The notes under the pieces were generated by a model, which saw only the letters and a program-made list of their open reading frames with translations, made no database searches and was not told the DNA's origin. A DNA stretch of 64,000 bases from Staphylococcus phage BSwM-KMM1, in the sequence record OP902294.1; one strand, written 5' to 3'. Position 1 is the first letter of the stretch, and the number at the start of each line of letters is the position of its first letter. The position numbers were made by a program, and so were the translations under genes. This document shows positions 12,919 to 23,696 of this stretch, one piece after another.

Positions 12919-14387
12919 ATGCTAAACCCAACATTAATGTGTGATTTCTATAAATTAAGTCACAGAGAACAATATCCGGAAGGTACAGAATTTGTATACA
13001 GTACACTAGTACCTAGAAGTAACAAGTATTATGAGCACAGTGATAATATTGTAGTATTTGGAATTCAATCGTTAGTTAAGAAGTACCTTATTGATATGTT
13101 TAATAAAGAATTCTTTAATAGACCTAAAGAGGAAGTTATTAATGAATACAAACGTACAGTTAAATTTACATTAGGGCATGAGAATCCTGAAGCTAAACAT
13201 TTAGAACAATTACATGACCTAGGTTACTTACCTATTGATGTAAGAGCCTTAAAGGAAGGTACAGTAGTTCATCCGAATACACCGGTTATGACAATTGAAA
13301 ATACACATGCAGATTTCTTTTGGTTAACTAATTACCTAGAAACAATTATTAGTACTCAAACATGGCAAGCAATGACAAGTGCTACACTAGCATATGATAT
13401 GCGTAAGATGTTAGATAAGTATGCATTAGAGACAGTAGGTAATACTGAAGCAGTAGATTTCAAGGTCATGACTTCAGTATGCGTGGTATGAGTTCCTTAG
13501 AAACAACTCAATTAAGTTCAGCAGGTCATGCTATTAGCTTTAAGGGTAGTGACACTGTACCTGTAGTGGACTTCCTAGAATCTTATTACAATGCAGATGT
13601 AGAAAAGGAAATAGTTGTTGCTTCTATACCTGCTACTGAGCATTCAGTTATGTGTGCAAACGGTGATTATGAAACAATGGATGAATACAAGACATACAAA
13701 CGTATGCTAACAGAAGTTTATCCAACAGGAATATTTTCTATTGTATCTGATACTTGGGACTTTTGGGGTAATATGACTAAAACTTTACCTAGACTAAAAG
13801 ATATTATTATGGAACGTGATGGGAAAGTAGTAATCAGACCTGATAGTGGAGACCCTGTTAAGATTATTTGTGGTGACCCCGATGCAGATACTGAGTATGA
13901 ACGTAAAGGTGCTGTAGAGGTACTTTGGGATACTTTTGGAGGTACTGAAACTGAAAAAGGGTATAAAGTACTAGATGAGCATGTAGGATTAATTTATGGG
14001 GATTCTATTAACTACGAGCGTGCACAACAAATTTGTGAGGGATTAAAAGCAAAAGGTTTTGCAAGTATTAACGTTGTATTAGGTGTAGGTAGTTTCTCTT
14101 ACCAGTTTAATACTCGTGATACTCATGGTTTTGCAATCAAAGCAACCTATGCTAAGATTAAAAATGAAGAGAAACTTATCTATAAGAACCCTAAAACAGA
14201 TAGTGGCAAACGTTCACACAAAGGTAGAGTGGCTGTTTATGAAGATGGTTCATGGGAAGATAACCTGAATCTTCACCAATGGTTAAATAAACAAAATGTT
14301 ACTCAGTTAGAAAAAGTATTTGAAGATGGTAAGTTATATAGAGACCAGTCACTAAGTGAAATTAGAGAAATAATTAAAAATAATTAA
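12919..14387 (+). CDS. nadV: nicotinamide phosphoribosyltransferase (NAMPT/NadV)-like protein; frameshifted at ~13463-13466 (aagGtcat)
   Basis: N-terminus MLNPTLMCDFYKLSHREQYPEGTEFVYS.. is NAMPT-like; the downstream frame reads QGHDFSMRGMSSLETTQLSSAGHAISFKGSDTV (the conserved HDF.MRG...F.GTDT region); restoring one G gives a ~490-aa protein. Confidence 0.8.
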
Positions 14388-15536
14388 TAAATATTTAAAC
14401 TCCCTATTGACAAAGGGAGTTTTTTATTGTATAGTATAAGTATAGTAAATAAAGAAGTGAAAGACAGGAGGAATAAATATGAATGCATTTCAAGCTAGGA
14501 CATTATCTATTATAACTAAACTAGAATCAAAGAAAGAATACGAAGAAATGGTTCCTGTGTACACGAGAAGTGCCTTAGAAGATATTAATAAAAGAATTGA
14601 GTACTCAGCTAGTATAGGTCAATCAGAACTAAAAGTAGAAACAATAGATTACCCTAATCTTAATAAAGGAGCATTTAAGTGTATTAAAGCAGAGCTAAAG
14701 AAAGAAGGATTTAAAGTATCGTTTAAAACTTTTAAAGAGAATTATGGTACTTCTATCCTTGTTTCTAAGGGGATAATTATTAAATGGTAAAGTAGGAGGA
14801 ATTATAATGAATTGTGAGAGAATAATTAAAGAGATGATGGAATATGCTATTAACAGTATGACTTTAGAAGAACAGAAACATTTCAGGAACGCAATGTTTG
14901 ATGCAGTTGGAGATTTAGATGAGGTAATACTTTTAGATGATAAGGATTGGCGTTAAAAGAATCATTTTATAGGAGGAATTGTAATGGATTATAATATTTA
15001 CGATAAGGAATACACAGAAAAAGAGAATGTGCTAGGTATTATATATGAAGCTTATAGTGATAATACTGATAGAGAGGTAGAAACTATATATAATAAAGCA
15101 GAAGCATGGGACAGAATGTGTGAAATGTTAAAAGATAAAGAGATGGATGATGAAGATTTTAGAAGAGAAATGATGGAACTATTCATTAGAACTGGTAAAC
15201 CTTTTAAAGAAAAAAGAATAGGTTTTGAGGAGGAATAGTTATGTATAGATTTTTATTATTTAGTTATCCTGAGTATTACCCTTGTGGTGGATTGGACGAT
15301 TTGATATTACAGTTTAATACAATAGAAGAACTTAAAGAAGTAGACACTTCTGATATATCTGATTATGTTGAAGTTTATGATTTTAAAGCAGGAAAAGAAA
15401 TATTTGGAGACTATTCACCATATAACAGGGAAGATAAAGTAGCTAAGTTAGTTTCTCATATGGAAGAGTATTTAAAATAACAATTTAAGCTGTAGCTCAT
15501 ATAAACAAATAAAAAACTAGCAAAGGAAGAGTTATA

Positions 15537-16060
15537 ATGGAAGTACGATTGATTAATTGGAAAAATGAAGATGCACAAGATATGATATTGAATAAACACT
15601 ATGCTCAACGCAGACCTAGTATAAGCTACTTATTCGGACTATATGCTGAAGATGTATTGTTAGGTGTATGTGTGTTTGGTAAGCCTGCAAGCAACTCTCT
15701 GTGTGTTGGGATATGTGGCAAGGAACATTCAACACGAGTATACGAGCTAAATAGACTATATATAGAACCAAACCAACCTAAAAATACTGCTAGTTGGTTT
15801 ATAAGTCAGTGCTTAAAACGACTTAAAAAGATAAGCTTATTATTGTTTCCTACAGTGATACTGGGATGAATCATCACGGTTATATCTATCAAGCTACTAA
15901 CTTTATATACACAGGAAGCACAAAGGAAAGAACGGATATGTATACAGAAGGCAATAAACATAGTAGACATTACAATGAAGATAATAAACATTTAAGAAAA
16001 GTTAGAACTTCAAAACACAGGTATGTTTATTTTACAGATAAAAAGATATTAAATTATTAA
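15537..16060 (+). CDS. conserved hypothetical protein (frameshifted at A-run ~15823-15828)
   Basis: The two ORFs join to give ...LKRLKKDKLIIVSYSDTGMNHHGYIYQATNFIYTG; no function assigned. Confidence 0.4.
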
Positions 16061-16206
16061 AATATGATATCTTAGACTACCCTAAAGGGGAAAATAAACA
16101 ATACAGGATAGGAGAAAGAATGAAAACAAAAGTATTGAATAGGAAAGATAATACAGAGTTTTATATTTAAGATGTTTCTATAGGAGGAGATAAATTATGG
16201 AAATAA

Positions 16207-16519
16207 AGTATATAGCTAAATATTTTAGCTCAGGAACAAATAGAGGGAAGTTAAGCACAAATGGTTTTAATTTTATAGGTGTTGATATGGATGATGATGA
16301 AACATACTTAACCTTTAATTTTAGACAAGATTTTCATGTTACAGTAGATGATGCACATAATGGAAGTAAAAAGTAAATGGTGTTATATGTAAAGATTCAG
16401 AAGTGTTTAAGCAAGTGGTACATGAATTAGAAAAAGAAGCATTAAGAAGAAAAGAAAAGAAAGAAAGAGAAGAAAAAGAGTTTGGTGAGATAAGTAGTTA
16501 TCTACAAGAACTTTATTAA
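16207..16519 (+). CDS. hypothetical protein (frameshifted at A-run ~16370)
   Basis: MEIKYIAKYF.. joins the K/E-rich C-terminus after restoring one A. Confidence 0.35.
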
Positions 16520-16532
16520 GGGGAGTTAGAAT

Positions 16533-16970
16533 ATGATTAAGATTATAGATAAACTAAATGGAGTTAAATTAGAAATAGGTGGTCATGTCATATCATTTAG
16601 TGTAAGAAAGTTTGATACAATTAATGGTGAGAAACAATTAATAGATTACCACCATATTAAAAGACGTAGACAAAAATACTTTAGAACTACTGAGGAATTT
16701 TATAATGAATACAAAGAAATTAAGTCTGATAAAAATGAAATAGATGAAATGTTTGAATCTCTTGGTTACACAGATACTGAGTTAGATGATGTAGTAAGAA
16801 ACCGAGAAAAGGTTACTGAAATACTAGGAGTTAGTGAGGTCTACTTAAATCAATTAGCTTATAAGGCTATAGAGGAGTATGTAAGTAAAGTAGTTACGCT
16901 TGAAATTGAAGAGTTAAAAGGGAGTGAAGTACAATGTATATACTTGAAAGAACAGTCAAAGGTTTTATAG
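16533..16970 (+). CDS. hypothetical protein
   Basis: 145-aa ORF with RBS aaggggag. Confidence 0.45.
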   Translation: MIKIIDKLNGVKLEIGGHVISFSVRKFDTINGEKQLIDYHHIKRRRQKYFRTTEEFYNEYKEIKSDKNEIDEMFESLGYTDTELDDVVRNREKVTEILGVSEVYLNQLAYKAIEEYVSKVVTLEIEELKGSEVQCIYLKEQSKVL

Positions 16971-17188
16971 GACAGAGAAATGATGTCCTACCTTACCACT
17001 TCAAAACTGAAAAAGGTGTTACTAGATACTTAAAAGCAAACAAATTTCACAAAAAAGAAACAAACTGTTGGGTCAAAAAGTAGATGAATTTACCATTATA
17101 CTAAGAGCTAGAAAAATGGTGCATAAGGGTTGACATCATTAAAGAGTTATGTTACAATAAATATAAGTTAATTAAAGGAGAGACAATT

Positions 17189-17587
17189 ATGAATAAAATA
17201 TTAAAGCAATTGGTACAGGTATTAGATGAAGAAGGGATTCAGCTTGATAAGATAGAGTTACAAGAGAATAGTATTGTTATTAATGGTTATTTACATCTAA
17301 GTAAAACAGATAACTACTACGTTCTTAAAAATAGTGATTCTTTCATGGGAGTAATGTATAGTTCTCTAACTCATGCGTTAGATGATGTAGCTGACGAGCT
17401 TAGTAAAGTACAAGAAGGAGATACTTTAGTATCAGGTAATGGTATGTATACTTATAAAGTAATTAAACATCGTATATATGATAAGTATAACTTACTTAAT
17501 GTAGAGACTAATAAATTAGAGTATATTGAAAATGTAGAACTAGGATTAATTCAGAAGCAAATTAATGCAGGAGTATATGTTAAATAA
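17189..17587 (+). CDS. hypothetical protein
   Basis: 132-aa ORF; RBS aaaggagag; promoter ttgacatc...ttacaat upstream. Confidence 0.45.
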   Translation: MNKILKQLVQVLDEEGIQLDKIELQENSIVINGYLHLSKTDNYYVLKNSDSFMGVMYSSLTHALDDVADELSKVQEGDTLVSGNGMYTYKVIKHRIYDKYNLLNVETNKLEYIENVELGLIQKQINAGVYVK

Positions 17588-17988
17588 AAAAGGGAAATGT
17601 AAAATGGCAATCGAAGCTAAACAAACAGTAAATACACTATTACAGAGATACAGAACAGCATTAAGAAGTAAACAAACTATTTTTAACTTAACAAATGACC
17701 AAATTGAAGCAATGGATTTAGAGGTGGTGCTTAATACAAAATATGGTAAGAGTGAAACACAACAAGTAATTAAAGGTACAGAACATGATGTTTCAATGCT
17801 TATTATGATTTTAAGTAAGGAAGATTACTACGATGAGTCTGTTAATATTGAAATTGAAGATGTAAGTATTACGTTATAAAATTTAGAAAAGAATTAAATA
17901 AAAAACTTTAACTCTATCTATTGACAATATTAAAGTAATAGGTTATAATTAGTATATAAAATAAAAAACAATTAAAGGAGAATTTATT

Positions 17989-18459
17989 ATGAAAACAGTA
18001 TTTAAAATTATTTTAGGGATTATCGGTGCATTTATTATTATGGGGATGTTATTTGTAGGTTGTACAGCATTAGTAGTTAATGAAGCAGACAAAGAAATGA
18101 ATAGTTCAGAGTCAAGTAGTTCTGACTCTAAAGACTCAAAAGAAGATAGTGATGTACCTCGTGAACATAAAAACGCTTTAGCAAGTGCAGAAAGCTACCA
18201 AAGTACAATGCCGATGTCTAAAGAGGGATTACGTGAGCAATTATCTTCGGAAGCAGGGAACGCATATCCTGAGGATGCTGTAAATTACGCACTAGAGAAT
18301 ATTGATACTGATTATAAAGAAAGTGCTCTGAAGAGTGCAAAGTCTTATCAGGACTCAATGCCTATGTCAGATGATGAATTATTTGAGCAATTAACTTCTC
18401 AATCCGGTGATAAGTATACACAAGAAGAAGCACAATACGCAATTGATAATTTAAACTAA
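17989..18459 (+). CDS. Ltp-like surface lipoprotein (candidate superinfection-exclusion protein)
   Basis: Signal/TM segment with a lipobox-like FVGC; two tandem repeats A.ASAESYQSTMPMSKEGLREQLSSEAG..Y....YALEN and ALKSAKSYQDSMPMSDDELFEQLTSQSGDKY....YAIDN. Confidence 0.5.
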   Translation: MKTVFKIILGIIGAFIIMGMLFVGCTALVVNEADKEMNSSESSSSDSKDSKEDSDVPREHKNALASAESYQSTMPMSKEGLREQLSSEAGNAYPEDAVNYALENIDTDYKESALKSAKSYQDSMPMSDDELFEQLTSQSGDKYTQEEAQYAIDNLN

Positions 18460-18537
18460 AAACTTTAACTCTATCTATTGACATAGGTAGAGTTTTATTG
18501 TATACTAAGAGTATATCAAATAAGGAGATGATTTGTA

Positions 18538-19257
18538 ATGGAAAATAATATAGAAATACCTAGCGTTGTGGATGTAGAGTGGGCTAAACAAGAAATGGAA
18601 AGAACAGGTAAGAATAAATGTAATAAGGATTTTGTATGGTATATACAAAGGAATAATGAAGATATTGATTGGGTAGATTTAAGCACATTACCTAGAGGAG
18701 AAAGAAATGCTAAGCCTTGTGTAGAATGGAAAGAGGTAAGAAGTAATAATATTTATATAAGTTATTCAAATATAGTACTAGAAGTAGAACTTAATTACAG
18801 TCATATGAATAAGAATTATAAAAGATATGTAGATATTAGATTTAAGGATAATGTAGACTGTATAGCTACATCCGGAATACAGAAATTATCTTTTGGTAAT
18901 CTATTAGGGTATAAGTCTAAGTACCACCAATATAGCGTAGGGGAAGTAACTCCTAATAATCATAGAATCATAGAACAGAAAAGAGTGCAAGGTAGAAAAG
19001 GTTATAAGGTTCAATGTCTCCTAACTAAAGTTATTTATGATATTAATGAGTATGACCTATTGAAAATTACCTCAAGTAAGTATGCATGTAACCAAGAAGT
19101 CTATGAAGGTAATAGTTTCAATACAGTATACCCTGACATGACTAAATACCTCATTAACCCTAAAGAAGGGGATTTAAATACTTATGGTTCAGGTAATAGA
19201 GTTAAGGTAAAATGCCCTCACTGCGGTTATAAAAAGAAACATACTTCTATGTATTAG
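18538..19257 (+). CDS. hypothetical protein with C-terminal zinc ribbon (CPHCGYKK)
   Basis: 239-aa ORF. Confidence 0.4.
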   Translation: MENNIEIPSVVDVEWAKQEMERTGKNKCNKDFVWYIQRNNEDIDWVDLSTLPRGERNAKPCVEWKEVRSNNIYISYSNIVLEVELNYSHMNKNYKRYVDIRFKDNVDCIATSGIQKLSFGNLLGYKSKYHQYSVGEVTPNNHRIIEQKRVQGRKGYKVQCLLTKVIYDINEYDLLKITSSKYACNQEVYEGNSFNTVYPDMTKYLINPKEGDLNTYGSGNRVKVKCPHCGYKKKHTSMY

Positions 19258-19267
19258 GGAAAGTGGA

Positions 19268-19992
19268 ATGGGCTGTCCTTTATGTAAAGACTATATGTCA
19301 TTCCCTGAAAGGCTAGCTTACGAATACTTTAAATTGAAAGGTATAGAATTTATACATCAATACCCTTTACAAGGTAAGAGAGTAGATTTTGTTATGGAGT
19401 ACAAAGATAAACAAACTTTTGTAGAGATAAATGGACGACAACATTATGAGAACCACGGATGGCATGATTCACATATCCACACTAAGGCATCAGATGTATT
19501 TAAAAGAGAATACTGTAAGAAAAATAATATTAACTTAGTGGAGATAGATGCGTCTAAGAGTAATTTTAATTTTATTTATGACAACTTAAGTAATGTATTT
19601 GGATACTTACCTAAAGAGAAAGAAAATGAATTAAAAGTAAAATTAAGGCAGAGAGAAGATAAGTTAGCTTCAGTAGTTATCTCTATGTATAAGGAAGGAT
19701 ATACTTGGGGGCAATAGAAAGAGAAACAGGTAAGAACCATGGTTACTTAACTAGAGTTTTAACCAACCAAGGTTTAATAGGTACAAGAGAAAAACTTAAT
19801 AAAAAGAAAGTCAAGTGTGTAACTACTGGTAAGGAATTTAATAGTATTAAAGAGGCAGTATCTTATTATAATCTACCTAAGGCATGTAAGATAGGTATGG
19901 TATGTAAAGGACAACGTGAGTATGCAGGTAATATAGATGGGGTTAAGTTACAGTGGAGATATACTGAAGAAGAATCTAAAAGAGTAAATTAA
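19268..19992 (+). CDS. DUF559/Vsr-like PD-(D/E)xK nuclease fused to a NUMOD-like DNA-binding tail (homing-endonuclease-like); frameshifted at G-run ~19706-19712
   Basis: RVDFVMEYKDKQTFVEINGRQH (DUF559-type core); C-terminus ...VKCVTTGKEFNSIKEAVSYYNL (NUMOD-like); tgggggc to tggggggc fuses the two ORFs. Confidence 0.4.
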
Positions 19993-20669
19993 TAGATGGG
20001 AGGAAAGAAAGAAAAGAGAAAAGATAGAAAAGAAAAGAGAACCTGGGAAAACTTTTACCTCCCTCACTCAGCCTATTACTCACTACCGACTTCCCTAACT
20101 ATATATTCTATAGTTATAATATTCATTTATTATACAATAGCTAAACTATAGTAATCTTCTGTTAATCTATGCTAATGTACCTTTAATCTATTGTTATTAT
20201 ATAATAAACTTATCTAATGGTATGTTAATCTAGGTTATTACATTAGAATCATTCTAATCTAGAGTTTTATTCTTTAGACCCTAGGAAAGGGGTACTAAAA
20301 TGTAGAACCCTTTAGGTATGGGATTCTTAATTTTAAAATTGTTAAAAAGTATTAGGTTTTACCTAGGGTAAAGTTTTAATGTACCTAAAATTGTAAGTAG
20401 GGCACTGAGAATAGAAGAAGTTTAATTGATAATATTGAAATATACCCGCTTCAATTACAAATAAGTGTTGACAGATATGAAGCGGTATGTTATACTTAGT
20501 ATACAAAGTTAAGAGGAGGAGTTAATTATGACTAGAGAAGAAATGGAAATGGAACAAGCTAGACAAGACTACGTAACTGCAAAAACAATCAGAAACTTTT
20601 AATCAAAAGTATTGACATTCAATAAGTAGTATGGTAAGATTAGTATATAATCAATTAGGGGAATTAATA

Positions 20670-21326
20670 ATGAAATTTCATTTAGATAATAATATTGTAG
20701 AAGGTACACCTGAGGAGTTAGTAAAGTATCAGGAGCTATTAGAGGAGAAAGAAGAGGACTTACTTAAATCAGGACATATGCACCGACCAACTGAAGAAGA
20801 ATTTCAAGATACCTTTAAAGGTATCTTCGGTTCAATGAAGATAGATAACTCATATGTAGGTTCAACAGAAATCTCTACAGATGAAGCGGAGACCGCTTCT
20901 ACAGAACTTCAAGTAGGAGATAGAGTAAAAGTATTAAAAAGTGAACTTGGGGCTGAAGGAGAGGCTACTGTAACTGCTGTACTAGAAGATGGTGAGGTAG
21001 AGTTAGCAGGAACAAATAAAGAGGGAAGATACTTAACTAACTGGAGTAATCATGTATCTAACCTAGAGAAAACAGAAGATGCACCTAAGGGATATACTTT
21101 TTGGTATCTAGATGGTAGCACGTTTAATAATCGTACTGTACTTAAAGCAACTTTAGGAGGTCACTTCGAGGATTCTAAAGGACGTAGATACACTTATCAG
21201 TCTGTACATGGTTTAGTAAAACCTATTAACAGGGAAAATGTTCGTGAAGAGTTTGAAGAAGCTAAGCATAGTGGCGGAATATTAAAGTATTACCCTGCAT
21301 TAGATGTGTTTTCTTGGGAGAAATAA
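20670..21326 (+). CDS. hypothetical protein
   Basis: ORF starts MKFHLDNNIVEG at an ATG with RBS aggggaa; promoter ttgacattcaataagtagtatggtaagat upstream. Confidence 0.45.
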   Translation: MKFHLDNNIVEGTPEELVKYQELLEEKEEDLLKSGHMHRPTEEEFQDTFKGIFGSMKIDNSYVGSTEISTDEAETASTELQVGDRVKVLKSELGAEGEATVTAVLEDGEVELAGTNKEGRYLTNWSNHVSNLEKTEDAPKGYTFWYLDGSTFNNRTVLKATLGGHFEDSKGRRYTYQSVHGLVKPINRENVREEFEEAKHSGGILKYYPALDVFSWEK

Positions 21327-21668
21327 CTGAAGCGGGTTATCCGCTTCTCTTACTTAGAGTATATAAGCAATTGTATATTGTAAGTAGGAGTGATTAACCT
21401 ACAGACCTTTTAGACTGAGGTCATGTCATTCGGTTTGTTCCGACAAGCTACCCCCTTATCTTGGACAATAGGGGTTCTTACTTAGAGTATATAAGTAATT
21501 GTATATTGTAAGTAGGACTGGCATCCTACAAACCATAATCGGTATTCAGTATAGAGCCTCTATTCTATACAAACCCTCTATGCCCTTAGAGGGTTTTTTA
21601 TTTATCTATTGACAATCTTTAAGTAGTATGGTATGATTAGTATATAAATTAATAGGAGATGAATAAAT

Positions 21669-21971
21669 ATGATAATATTATACAGAGAGAACTTCAAAAG
21701 AAATACAATGTCAGAACTGCTTACACTAATACAGGATATTAAGCCTAATTGGACTTACTCTTTTAATGATGGTAGTGAAGCGGATGTAAAGGTTATAAAG
21801 CATACTGGGATTAATTTACCGGATACCGCAGAGGGATTAGTTAGAAGTACTGGAGAGTTAGTTATATCTATAGTTGGTAATGGTTGTGTATCAGAATGCC
21901 CTAGAGACTTTCATGCAGGTATGACTGATGTTAAAGAACATATTAGAACATACACATATGGAAGAGCATAA
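21669..21971 (+). CDS. small protein, TY-motif paralog family (member 1)
   Basis: SELLTLIQDIKPNWTYSF; shares a [L]xxLLxxIxx....TY[SA] motif with 22462, 22778 and 23087. Confidence 0.45.
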   Translation: MIILYRENFKRNTMSELLTLIQDIKPNWTYSFNDGSEADVKVIKHTGINLPDTAEGLVRSTGELVISIVGNGCVSECPRDFHAGMTDVKEHIRTYTYGRA

Positions 21972-22461
21972 GGAGGAATGGGTATGATTATACCTCTTAT
22001 TATACTCATGATGAGCTTTGGTACATTTGCATTCGGTTATGTTGCACATGATGCATATAAGGTAGATGAAAAAGGTATCGTGTATGCTATGGTAGTTAGT
22101 ATTGTAGTTATAAATGGGATTGGTTTAGAAATGATAATTGTAGAATGTTTATAGAAGGAGGTAGTAATATGATAGGATTAACAATATTAGTTACAATAAT
22201 AGTTATCATGATTATAGCTATGTACACTCATGTATTAGTAGATATGATTCAGTCAATCAGGTATGATAGATTTGATAAGGTACTTAGCATAGTAACGTTT
22301 ATTCTTATGACAGTTGTACTAGTATCAGGTATACTAATTATGTTTGGTGTTTAGAGCTTATTTAAGAAGCGGTTAAGTAGTTAAGGATAAATTGGTCTAG
22401 AAATATACTACCGCTTCTGTATGGAAGGCTGAGGTACCTTAGAATTGAAAGGAGAGATATA

Positions 22462-22671
22462 ATGATAGAAATTAGATTGGTTGAAGACTATGATAAAAGT
22501 CAGTTGAAGTTTATGTTAAAGAAGATTAAGAGAGTAGCACCTAGGGAATTAACTTATGCTATGGAAGCGGAGATGAATACGGTAGATGTTAATATTGAAG
22601 ATGTACTCCCCGTGTATCACCTCATGAGTATGAAAGATATTCAAGGTTACTTGAAGAAGATTTATGGATAG
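22462..22671 (+). CDS. small protein, TY-motif paralog family (member 2)
   Basis: KSQLKFMLKKIKRVAPRELTYAMEAEMNTVDVNI. Confidence 0.4.
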   Translation: MIEIRLVEDYDKSQLKFMLKKIKRVAPRELTYAMEAEMNTVDVNIEDVLPVYHLMSMKDIQGYLKKIYG

Positions 22672-22777
22672 TTATGCTTAAGTCAGGTTATATAGCTTAC
22701 TGGGGAGGAAAGAAGTATGGCGGAGAAGCCTTAGATGATATTATATATAATATGTTTAAAGGGAGAGGGAGACTATA

Positions 22778-23083
22778 ATGATTATAGTATATGTTCAGGA
22801 AAGAAGTAAAGATAGTTTATCAACTTTATTAAGATATATTAATAATAAATCAAGTAGAGACTTTACTTACTCTTATGGTACTGATAAATATGTCAATGAG
22901 AAAGTAGATGTAAATATAGTTATGGATAGAGGTTTTGATAGTGATGATGTTCAGGAATTATCGTCACTAGTTTCAAACAATAATGTTATTCATGTTAGTA
23001 TAGAACCAAATAGAATAGTGCCATATAGAAAAGGTGAGCATACTTCTGTATTAGAATTTGAAGAGTTTATAAAGGAGATGTAA
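22778..23083 (+). CDS. small protein, TY-motif paralog family (member 3)
   Basis: DSLSTLLRYINNKSSRDFTYSYGTD...VDVNIV; ends ..EEFIKEM. Confidence 0.45.
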   Translation: MIIVYVQERSKDSLSTLLRYINNKSSRDFTYSYGTDKYVNEKVDVNIVMDRGFDSDDVQELSSLVSNNNVIHVSIEPNRIVPYRKGEHTSVLEFEEFIKEM

Positions 23084-23086
23084 CTA

Positions 23087-23389
23087 ATGCTTAAAATATT
23101 CTTAAATAACCCTGATAAAAAGGGATTATCTAACTTATTACATTTTATTAATAGAAGGTCTGAAAGAGAATTAACCTACGCTATTAACCCTTCTAATGAG
23201 AGTAACGTAAATGTAGGGATAATAGATAACCTAATATGTACTGAGGAGGAAGTAAGACGTATCTCAGATAGTCTACACTTCGGTATACTAGATATATATG
23301 TATATGTAGAAGGTCTGTCAGCAAGGGTATATGTTAAAGGTGGGGATATTTCACTAGGAGAACTAGGAGATTATATAAAGGAGATGTAA
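23087..23389 (+). CDS. small protein, TY-motif paralog family (member 4; tandem duplicate of 22778)
   Basis: KGLSNLLHFINRRSERELTYAINPS; ends ..GDYIKEM. Confidence 0.45.
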   Translation: MLKIFLNNPDKKGLSNLLHFINRRSERELTYAINPSNESNVNVGIIDNLICTEEEVRRISDSLHFGILDIYVYVEGLSARVYVKGGDISLGELGDYIKEM

Positions 23390-23392
23390 TGG

Positions 23393-23641
23393 ATGATTAA
23401 AGTATATTATACAGTTTATCATAAACAGAGTATGAAGACTATTAAGGGCAAGTTAGATAGAAGCGGTTTAATCTATTTCTTATATGAAACTTGGTATAAG
23501 GATATAAGTAATGTATTTCCTTCTCACTATAACCCGGAATTTGGTAGTCTTAATAAAGATATAGACATAGATAGATTAATTGAAGCGGTTAATGAAGAAG
23601 GGATACTACTTATTAAAGAAGGTAAGATTATAGAAGGATAG
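23393..23641 (+). CDS. small protein, YTVYH paralog A
   Basis: MIKVYYTVYHKQS...; paralogous to 23697..23936. Confidence 0.4.
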   Translation: MIKVYYTVYHKQSMKTIKGKLDRSGLIYFLYETWYKDISNVFPSHYNPEFGSLNKDIDIDRLIEAVNEEGILLIKEGKIIEG

Positions 23642-23696
23642 GATAAGATAGGATAGGATAGGATAGGATAGGATAATAGGATAGGAGGGGATAAAT

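Noticed and set aside
12919-14387. Split nadV, PhoH, LysK, TerL and similar genes as programmed ribosomal frameshifts or genuine pseudogenes
   Set aside because: All breaks sit in short homopolymers, are all -1 base, lack slippery-heptamer or pseudoknot context, and affect essential genes (terminase, lysin). This pattern is sequencing error.
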